Under the pieces are notes generated by a model, which did no database searches, was not told the origin of the DNA, and saw only the letters and a program-made list of their open reading frames with translations. This document shows positions 54,020 through 64,000 of a stretch of DNA of 64,000 nt, piece by piece (position 1 is the stretch's first letter; each line of letters opens with the position of its first letter). Made by a program: the position numbers and the translations under genes. Source of the DNA: the human T2T-CHM13v2.0 reference genome, Homo sapiens; assembly GCF_009914755.1 (NCBI RefSeq), contig NC_060936.1, one strand, 5' to 3'.

Positions 54020-56387
54020 AACTTCTCAGGTTTTTAACTCTAGTCCTTTGGTTCCAGAAGGCACCTCTGGACCTGCCAGGGGCTGCGGGGAACTCACTTC
54101 CCTGAAGAGAAGGACATACATCTTGCTGACTTTGTCACCTGGTGATTATAGGTCCTCAGGGCTATGAGTAAACAGAGGTGCTAGCCAGGAAATGGTTAGA
54201 GAAGGCCTTGGGTGAGACCTAGTGCTGTGCTGGCTTCAGGTCTGATCCAGTGCAATCCTATGTAAGGTGGTGAGAAGGGAGCTTCTGTCAGTATACCCAC
54301 AGGCTCCAAATGGCTCAGAACAGAAAGAGAGATTCTATTTGTTTGGAAGACAGTAAGGCAAGAGAACAAGAATCTATGCCTGGTAATCCATATAATTCTT
54401 CCAGTTCTTGTCCAACCAAGACCATGAAGGCAGTGCCCCTATGAGTCTGCAAGAACTACAGCATTACTGAGCTTAGGATCCCCTCTAAAGAAATTACAGC
54501 TTAGATCATAAGCTGTATGAAGGACCCAAGTCCTTTCAAATATCTTGGAAGCCTTTCCAAGGGGGATGGGTACAAACAAGCCCAGACTGCAAAGACTACA
54601 ATAAATACCTAACTCTTCAACGCTCAGATACAGACAAACATATACAAGTATCAAGATGATCAAGAAAAACATGGCCTCACCAAATGAATTAAATAAGTCA
54701 CCAGGGACCAATCCTGGAGAAACAGAGATATGTGATCTTTCAGACAGAGAACTCAAAATAGCTGTTTTGAGGAAACTCAAAGAAATTCAAGGTAACACAG
54801 GGAAGGAATTCAGAATTCTATCAGATAAATTTAACAAAGAGACTGAAATAATTAAGAGGAAACAAGGAGAAATGCTGAAAAATGCCATCGACATGCTGAA
54901 AAATGGAGCTGAAAAATGCAACTGATATGCTGAAGAATCTTCAGAGTCTTTTAATAGCAGAATTGATCGAGCAGAAGATAGGCTATTTGAAAATACACAG
55001 TCAGGAAGATAAAAGAAAAAAGAATAAGAAACAATGAAGCACACCTATAGGATCTAGAAAATAGCCTCAAATGGCAAATCTAAGAGTTATTGGCCTTAAA
55101 TAGGAGGTAGAGAAAGAGACCGGGGTAGAAACAAAGAACGTCCCAAACCTAGAGAAATAAGTCAATATCTAAGTACAAGAAGGTTATAGAACACTAAGCA
55201 GATTTAACCCAAAAAAGACTACCTCAGGCATTTAATGATCAAACTTGCAAAGGTAAAAGATAAAGAAAGAATCCTAAAAACAACATCTTAAAAAAACTAG
55301 AGCAAACCAAACCCAACATTAGCAGAAGAAAATAAATAATAAAGATCAGAACAGAAATAAATGAAAATGAAATGAAGAAAAAAATACAAAAGATCAATGA
55401 AAGAAAAAGTTTTTTAAATAAGTTAAACAAAATAAACCTTTAGCCAGACTAAAAAAGAGCCAAGATCCAATAAATAAAATCAGAGATGAAAAAGGAGACA
55501 TTACAAGTGATACCATAGAAATTCAGAGGTTCATCATTAGCTACTACGAGCAACTATACGCCAATATAATGAAAAATCTAAAAGAAATGGACAAATTCCT
55601 AGATACATACATCTTACCAAAATTGAACAAGGAAGAAATTCAAAACCTGAATAGACCAATAACAGATAACAAGACTGAAGCTTTAATAAAAATCTCCCAG
55701 TAAAGAAAAGCTGGGGACCCAATGGCTTCACTGATGAATTCTACCAAGCATTTAAAGAACTAATACCTATCCCACTCAAACTTTTCTGAAAAATTGAAGA
55801 GGAGGGAATACTTGCAAACTCATTCTACAAGACCAGAACTACCCTGATACCAAAACCAGACAAAGACATCAAAAAAAAAAAAAAAAAAAAAAAATACTGT
55901 AGGCCAGTATTTCTGATGAACATTGATGCAAAAATCCTCAACAAAATACTAGCAAACTGAATTCAACAATACATTAAAAAGATAATTAATTGTGACCAAG
56001 TGGGATTTATTCCAGTGATGCAAGTTTGGTTCAACATATGCAAACCAATTAATGTGATACATCATATGAATAGAAAGACAAAAACCATATGATAATTTCT
56101 ATTGATGCTGTAAAAGCGTTTGACAAAATTCAACATTCCTTTATGATAAAAACCCTACAAAAATTAGTTATAGAAAGAGCACACTTCAACATAATAAAAG
56201 GCATATATGACAGACCTACAACTAGTGTCGTACTGAATGTAGAAAAACTGAAAGCCTATTCTCTAAGACCTGGAACATGAAAAGAATGCCCACTGTTACC
56301 ACCATTATTCAATATAGTGCTGAAAGTCATAGCTAGAGGAATCAGACTAGATAAAGAAGTGAAGGGCATCCAAATTGGAAAGGAAGA

Positions 56388-58198
56388 TTTCAGGAATTTC
56401 CTAGAGACTGGTTGAATAGTTGTGACCAAAATGCTGATAGTGGTATGGGCAATGAAGTCCAGGCTAAGGCCGGGTTCTCAGATAGAAATGAGGAACTTAT
56501 TGGGAACTGGAGCAAAGGTCACTTTTGTTATGCCTTAACAAAGAACTTAGCTGCACTGTGCCCCTGCCCTAGGGATATGTGGAAGTTTGAACTTGAGAAT
56601 GATAATGTAGGGCATCTAGCAGAAGAAATTTCTAAGCAGTAAAGCATTCAAGATGTAGACTGGCTGATTCTAGCAACCTATGCTTTTATGAGTTGTTGGA
56701 ACTTACATTTTTTAAAAGAAAAGAAGAGTGTAAAATTTGGAAAATTTGCAGCATGGCCACATGGTGGAAAAGGAAAGCCCATTTTCAGGGCAGGAATTCA
56801 AGCAGGCTGTAGAAAGTTGCATAAGTAAAAAATGAGTCAAGTTCAAAAATCCAAGGCAATAAGGAGAAGTCCTTGAAGGAATTTCAGAGACCTTTGGGGG
56901 CAGCCCCTCCCATCACAGGCCCAAAGGTCTAGGAGGACTGAATAATTTCATGGATGAGGCCCAGGGCCCCTCTGCCCTGTACAGCCTCGGGACACAGTTT
57001 CCTGCATCTCAGTAGCCCCACTTATAGCTGTGGCTCAGAGGGGTCCAGATACAGTTGAGGTTGCTGCTTCAGAGGGTTCAAGCCATAATCCTTGGTGACT
57101 TCCACATGTATGGAAAAGAATGGATGTCCAAGCAGAAGCCTGCTGCAAGGGAAGAACCCTCATGGAGAACCACTATTAGGGCAGTGCAGAGGGGGAAATG
57201 TGAGGATGAGCCCCCACACTGAGTCCCCACTGTTTTACTACCTAGTATGGCTATGAGAAGAAGTCCACTTTCCTGCAGACACTGGAATGGTAGATCCACT
57301 GACAACTTGCACTCTATGCCTGGAAAAGCCACAGGCACTCAACACCAGCCTGTGAGAGAAGCTATGGGGACTGAACCCTGCAAACCCACAGAGATAGAGA
57401 TGCACAAGGACTTGGGAGTTTACCCTTCACATTAGTGCGCTCTGGATGTGGAACATGGAGTCAAAGGAGATTATTTTGGAGCTTTAGGATTTAATGACTT
57501 TCTGCTTGGTTTCAGATTTGCATGGATCTTGTTGCCCCTTTCTTTTGGCCAACTTCTTTCTTTTGAAATGGGAGTACTTACCCAATGCCTATATACTCAT
57601 TGTATCTTGAAAGTAACTAACTTGTTTTTGATTTTGCAGGCTCATAGGCAGAAGGGACTAGCTTTGTCTCAGATGAAACTTTGGACTTTGGACTTTTGAG
57701 TTAATGCTGGAATGAGTTAAGACTTTGGGGATTATTGGGAAAGCATGATTGTATTTTGAAATATGAGAATGACATGAGATTTGGGGGTGGGCAGGGGCAG
57801 AATTATATGGTTTGGATTTGTGTCTCTGCACAAATCTCATGTTGAAGTGTAATCCCCAATGTTGGAAGTGAGAGCTGGTGGTAGGTGATTGGATCATGGA
57901 GTTGTTTTACATGAATGATTTAGCATCATCTGCTTGGTGCTGTTCTTTTGATAGTCATTGAGTTCTTGCAAGATTTGGTTGTTTAAAAGTGTGATCTCTC
58001 TTGCTTCTGCTCCTTCCATGTAAGAGTGACCTTCCATCATGATTGTTAGTTTCCTGAGGCCTCCCAAGAAGCCGAGCATATACCAGCATCATGCTTTTTA
58101 TAGAGCCTGTGGAATCATGAGCAAATTAAACTTCTTTTCTTTATAAATTACCCAGTCTCAGGTATTTCTCTATAGTAATGCAAGAACAATCTAATATA
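56388..58198 (+). mobile_element. MST provirus lacking its 5' LTR (internal 56388-57802, 3' LTR 57803-58198)
   Basis: Internal region colinear with THE1 internal 20340-21719. LTR 'tatggtttggatttgtgtc...ctaatata'. Confidence 0.9.
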
Positions 58199-61100
58199 GG
58201 AAGAATCACATTACCAGACTTCAAATTATAGCACAGAGTTATAGTAATCCAAACAGCATGCTACTGGCATAAAAACAGACACATAGACCAATGGAACAGA
58301 ATAGAGAACCCAGAAGCAAATCCACACACCTACTGTGAGCTCATTTTTGACAAAGGTGCCAAGAACATACACTGGAGAAAAAACAGTCTCTTTAACAAAT
58401 GGTGCTGGGTAAACTGGATATCCATATGCAGAAGAATGAAACTAGACCTCTATCTCTCACCATATACAAAAATCAAATCAAAATGGATTAAAGAACTAAA
58501 TCTAAAATCTAAAACCTCAAATTATGAAACTACTACAAGAAAGCATTGCAGAAACTCTCCAGAACATCTGTCTAGGCAAAGATTTCTTGAAGAATACCCC
58601 ACGAACACAGGCAACCAAAGCAAACATGCACAAATGGGATCACATCAAGTTAAAAAGCTTCTGCACAGAAAAGGAAAAAACCATCCAAGTGAAGAGACAA
58701 CCCACAGAATAAGAGGAAGCATTTGCAAACAACTTATCTGACAAGGTATTAAAAACCAGAATATATAAGGAACTCAACTCTATAGGAAAAATATCTAATA
58801 ATCTGATTTTAAAATGAGCAAAAAGCTTGAATAGACATTTCTCAAAAGAAGACATACAAATGGCAAACAGACTTATGAAAAGGTGCTCAACATCACGGAT
58901 TATCAGAGAAATGCAAATCAAAACTACAGTGAGATATCATCTCACCACAGTTAAAATGGCTTTTATCCAAAACACGTAGTAGCAAATGCTTGCAAGAATG
59001 TGGAGAAAATAGAGCTCTTGTTTACTGTTGTGGAAATGTAAATTAGTACAACCACCATGGTGAACAGTTTGGAGGTTCCTCAAAAACTAAAAACAGAGGT
59101 ACCAGATGATCCTATACCCACAATAAAGGAAATCAGTATATCAAAGAGACATCCGCACTCCCATATTAGTTGCAGCACTATTCATAATAGCTAGGGTTTG
59201 GAAGCAACTGAAGTGTGCATCAGTAGATTAATGAATTAAGAAAATGTGTTACATATATGGAATGGAGTACTATTCAGCTATAAAAAAATGTGAGATTCAG
59301 TCATTTGCAACAATATGGATAGAACCGGAGGTCTCTATGTTTAGTCAGATAAGCCACACACAGAAAGACACACATCGCATGATCTCACTTATTTGTGGGT
59401 TCTAAAAATCAAAACAATTGAACTCATGAACATGGACAGTAGAAGGCTGAGAAGGGTAGTTTGTGGTGGTGGTGCTGAGGAGAAAGAGTGAGATTGTTAA
59501 TGGCTACAAAAACTAGTTACAATGAATGAATAAGGCCTAGTATTTGACAGCACAACAAGGTGACTATAGTCAATATTAATTTAATAGTATATTTTAAAAT
59601 AACTAAAAGAGTATAATTAGATTATTTATAACACAAAGGATAAATTCTTGAGGAAATAGAGACCCTATTTTCCATGATGTGATTATTATGCATTGCATTC
59701 CTATTTCAAAACATCTCATATTCCATAAATATATACACCTACTATGTACCCACAAAAATTAAAAATGACAAACTAAAAAAATTATGAAACTTTTGTTGCA
59801 TCTCTTTCTCTTCTCACTATTTGAAAGGTACTGAGAAACATAAATTTAGAAAAGAATTGTCTTGAACAGTGCTGAATCCTTGTTCATAGTTAAGTGGCTG
59901 AGAACATTTTGAAGACTAAATTAAATACTATAAATTATAAATATCAAATATCCATTTGCAGCCAGTTTTGAAAAACAGGACAAGGCCAGTTCAATTATTT
60001 TTAGCACTACATCCTCATGATTAGAATTCATTTCCCTTTCAGATTATACTTTATCCTGGAAAGTGTGCTTGCTTCAGAATTAGGCAAGGAATACTGAATG
60101 TTTAATGAAAAAAATCTGTGTAAACCCATTATTAAGAAATGGTTGTAATAGAAGCCAATTTCATTACTGTGTACTCCTTTTACATATACTAAGTTTGTTA
60201 AAGGAGGAGTGCTTTTCCTGATACTTTAATTTTTAACTTTTGTATTTCAAACTTGTTTGACCTTTGGTCAGGACATTGGACCTGTCCCTTTATTAGCACA
60301 AAACATTGCTATAATTCTATGCAGGACTGTTTGAGAATCAAATTAATCAACATATATGAAAGTATATAAATGTATGGTTCTTTAAAATGAGAGTGGAGAA
60401 AGATTTTAATATAATACTTTTACAATTATTTTTACTAACTTCTTTTCCCTTCCTCAGGCAACAGTCTACTCACAAGCCTCCTCTCCCCAATGCCATTTGA
60501 GTAGTAATGATGGCTTTCTGTCACTGCCTTTAGACAGAAACACTAGAGAGCCAACAAATAATTACGGTTTTGACTTTTGACCCCTTAAGAAGATTACTGG
60601 AAAGCTCTAGAAAAGGCCTTACACTGACAGCCATGGCATTGGGATGCCATTATTTGTTGGGAAAAAATATGCCTGTTAGTCTGGTTTTAATTCCAAACTC
60701 TTTGTTTTAACTTTTAGCATCAAATTCTAGAGAACACAGAGCTTAGATTATACTCTATAAACCTAAGAATGGGAAAAAAATTTGTATAACTTCTACTTTC
60801 CATTAAAAAGCATGTAAGAATGAAAGGAAAAGTAATTGGAGCATGAGTTCTTAAAAAAGATCTAGTGTCCCATTTTCTATGCTAAATTCTTGAGAGAATG
60901 TAGGGTGACACAAAGTTCAATGGAAATGCCAGAGAAGTCAGGAGAGACAAGTTCTTTAGTACACAGGACTGTTGTCTAGCTAGCCTTGGTGTAACCTGGT
61001 CACAGCCTTGTTGAGAAGGCCGGAGTCTGGCATGTCTGACAGCAGCATTTCAGAGGCCACTCCATATCTCATTACATGCCCTAGGAAGGGGGCAGAAATG

Positions 61101-61270
61101 GCTAAGAGAGACAGATGCCTGGAAGAGACCCTTCAATGTGTTTGGAGGTTATGGAACTACAAGTGAACATAAATATTTTTAGCTGGGTCAAATGATGCAG
61201 ACCAACACACTTGAGGACAAACAACAACTCAGCAGAGGCCTGGAATGGCAGAAAACCACCTTGGGTTAAA

Positions 61271-61738
61271 TGTAGAGATATTCCATATACAAATGGACAA
61301 TAGCCAGACTATATATAAAAATAGAAATCTGACCCACAACCTTTGTAGCAGCCAGTCTGTGAAGCCAACCACAACCTCTATAGCAATCAGCCCCAAAAAG
61401 TTAGGATTTTGATCAACAACTGCAAACTTCTCTATTTTTTGCGTTGTTTCTTTCCCCACTTCCAACCTAGGATAAAGCTGAAAGTGCTCTGCTAATCAAT
61501 CACATAGGATGTCCTGCTTCTAGTTAGCCTACCTCCAGCTTCCCCATGCCAAAAATATCTAATCAGGGCATGCTTAAAGCCTTCCCCTTTTTTTTCTACT
61601 ATAAAGCTTTCCCACTCTTCTGCCTGCCTTTGAATTTCTGCCAAACATAAGCAATGGTGGCTGTCTCCTTTGCTATAGCAAGCAAGCTCTGAATAAATAC
61701 CCTTTGCTTGTTCCTGTTTGGGTGTCTTTATTTCCACA
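61271..61738 (+). mobile_element. ERV1 solo LTR (MER67-like)
   Basis: TGTA...CACA termini, TATAAA near 61599, AATAAA near 61692, and 'ctgacccacaacct...caatcacataggatg'. Confidence 0.7.
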
Positions 61739-62099
61739 ATGCACATTTTCCTTCTGATGCCATGAAATTATTTATAGGCCTTTCCCAAGTCTGGATGCCA
61801 CCTGGGGATATGGCAAGAAGGGGTAAGATAAACCTAAATTGACTAATAATTAATCTAGAGAAACTGAGTTTTAAACCAAATGACACTGAGTGTTTTGCAC
61901 ATGTACGATTAAATTTTCTAAAACTAGGCAGAAATGTGAAGTCATGAGCTAAGTTTAAATTTGAAACTTTTTTATTTGCTGTTTTTAAAATTTTCCAATG
62001 GTATAAAATGCATGGCTCCACACACTAATATGCTGGATGAAATATTAATTATATTACATTTTATTTCCTTTGTCATTTATTTTATACCAAAGAAGATCT

Positions 62100-62225
62100 A
62101 GCATTCATTCTTCATTCATCCATTCATTCACCAATAATTTATTGAGATTTTACTATTTTCTGGACACCACAAGCACAAAGAATAATGAAGACAGAGACAT
62201 GGACTAACAGCCCCAGTGGGGACAC
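62100..62225 (-). mobile_element. L2 3' terminus
   Basis: 'cattcattcttcattcatccattcattcaccaataatttattgag'. Confidence 0.65.
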
Positions 62226-63189
62226 AGCCTCCTCCCACTACACACATGTGACACAGGGTATGTGCTAACACAGATGTGCTAACAGTATTATTTTTGTCAG
62301 ATGTTGTTTACTCTAGACCTTATGGCTATTAGAAGAAATGGCGGGTGGGGATAGTGGTCCATGTCCAAGTGGACCACTACAGCTCTTCTCTTAAATTCCT
62401 AAGCAGCTGCAATAGTTAAAACTTTTAGAAAATTAACACATGTTCTCATGACATTGTCCCAATAGGTACGATTGAGTGCAACAGAATATCTGAAACTTGT
62501 GGTTCCAAATATCTAAATAACTCAGTACTTAAGTTGTCAGTCAGTTCAGCTCACAATCTTATTGGAAGTGAATTTAAGATGAAAAACAATTCAAGGAGTT
62601 ATAATAATAATAATAATAATAATTATCATTACATTATTATAGGAGTTTAACCTACTGTATTTACTCAAAGATAGTAGTCAAAATAATTAGGAAACAGATA
62701 TGTAATTTGCATAAAACCTCTAAAACATGTTTTTTAAAGTGCAATTCATTTTTTATAGGCAATGAGAAATTCAAATTTAAGATTTGGAGAGTCTAGTCCT
62801 TTTTACTTCTAACTTATACTTTCTGTGTCAGGTGCACTGGATTGCCTTTCTCTTACAACACTTATTTTCCCTTCCCCTTGGATGGCTTCATGTTTTTATC
62901 TGTGATGTAATTCTTTCCATTGTCAAACTTTGAAGAGATGGGAGCTGTCAGATTTTAATATAAGTAACACATTCTGTAGGGATTGGGAAATAATGGTTAA
63001 AATAATATAAAATTATGTAGGTTTAAATGTGATTCACCTGTTTGAGCACCTAATATATGCCAAACATGGTACAAAATCCTGAGGGAATACAAGCTTGAAT
63101 GACAGCTCTTATTATCAAGGAATTTATAGATATCTTGTTATCTATAAGATAATATATGAATGAGAGAAAACCCAATGGTGGTTCTATTT

Positions 63190-63660
63190 AAAACTTCTTT
63201 AATTCCTTTCAAAGTTTTGCACGTATTTTACTATATGTTCTTTACTAGGTATTTGATAATATTGTAAATAAGTATCAATTAAAACATTTTATTTTCTATT
63301 TGCTTATTTATATAGAAAAACAATTTATTATTATATATTGGCCTATTATACAATGACCTTGCTACATTCACTTATTTGTTTTGTAGATTCTTTCGATATA
63401 TAGTAGTTAAAATTTATATCATCTGTGAATAATGACAGTTTATTTCTTCCTTTCTGATGCATATGCTTTTCATGTCTTTTTATTGTCTTATTGAGTTAGC
63501 GAGGAATTTTAGTGTCATATTGAATAGAATTGGTGGTGGTTGGCATCTTTACTGATTCCCAATCTCAAGGGAGTTTACAATGTTTTACCATTATGTTTCT
63601 TGAAGTTATTATTTTGATTGGCTTTATTTATCAGGTTAAGAACAATTTGTTATCTTCTTA
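63190..63660 (-). mobile_element. Old L1M ORF2 fragment
   Basis: 'atcatctgtgaataatgacagtttatttcttcctttc' and 'ttgaatagaattggtgg...ggcatctt' are antisense L1 RT-region motifs. Confidence 0.7.
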
Positions 63661-64000
63661 AGCTTGAAACAATCTAGATATTTTAAGCAAAAAAGACTGT
63701 AATAATGTGCTTACAAACACTGTGCTTAAGTAATGCTGTATTTACAAAATTGTTGGAAGTCCTAGAGGAGCTGGATTCGGGAGGCTAACACTGGTGCTAT
63801 TGATTTCAAGAACACGTTGCAATGTCTGTAATACAGGGATCAGGAAATTGTTATTGCCGTACCATCATAAACCACCTCTTAATACTCTTGTCTCTGCTAA
63901 CTTAATTTCCACAGATTCAGCAGCAGCAGGTCCACTGCCTTACTTCTGCTTTCCAAATGTCCCCTGAGTACTTCTACTTGGCAGAAACAAATTTACATAC

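Larger units (their letters stand above)
52306..59780 (+). mobile_element. L1MA-type LINE-1 with 5'UTR, two internal deletions, nested Alu and partial MST provirus
   Basis: 5'UTR colinear with 5526-7350, ORF1 'KNMASPNELNKSPGTNPGETEIC', ORF2 '[16 protein letters not shown]' and '[12 protein letters not shown]', and an L1MA 3'UTR ending 'gtacccacaaaaattaaaaa'. Confidence 0.92.

Noticed and set aside
55871-55894. A24 run as the tail of a separate retro-insertion
   Set aside because: It falls at the A-rich stretch of L1 ORF2 (compare about 17143-17156) with no TSD, so it is a homopolymer expansion.
52285-59795. TSD for the second L1MA (tgaaact on both sides)
   Set aside because: The match is too short and AT-rich to call.
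61490-61566. DUX4 sites in the MER67-like LTR
   Set aside because: taatcaatca and atatctaatca do not fit the 11-bp TAAYBBAATCA pattern.

Overview
This is simian primate (probably human or ape) non-coding genomic DNA. It is AT-rich, CpG-depleted and dominated by interspersed repeats. I can support no host protein-coding exon, RNA gene or CpG-island promoter. The long ORFs in the track map to decayed L1, Alu or MaLR sequence. The main elements are a full-length but inactivated L1PA7/8-type LINE (13163-19602, 14-bp TSD), a complete two-LTR THE1D MaLR provirus (19786-22110), and two internally deleted L1MA-type LINEs carrying nested MST/Alu insertions (5526-9548, 52306-59780). There are also seven dimeric Alus and two Alu monomers, solo LTRs (MST, MLT2A, THE1C, MLT1F, LTR27/MER61-like, MER67-like, LTR16-like), MITE-type DNA transposons, and old L2/MIR/L1M relics. 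I found no evidence of a new multi-gene system. The most interesting signals are DNA-repair or template-switch scars: a 34-bp exact copy of sequence 1.1 kb away inserted into an Alu, a fold-back MLT1A-type LTR centred on a perfect 12-bp palindrome, an Alu with a chimeric extra tail inside its TSDs, and an inverted copy of the flank of a (TA)15 tract. There is also a frameshifted L1 ORF0 relic and intact DUX4-type motifs in MaLR LTRs. Subfamily names come from recalled consensus sequences and need RepeatMasker/Dfam confirmation.
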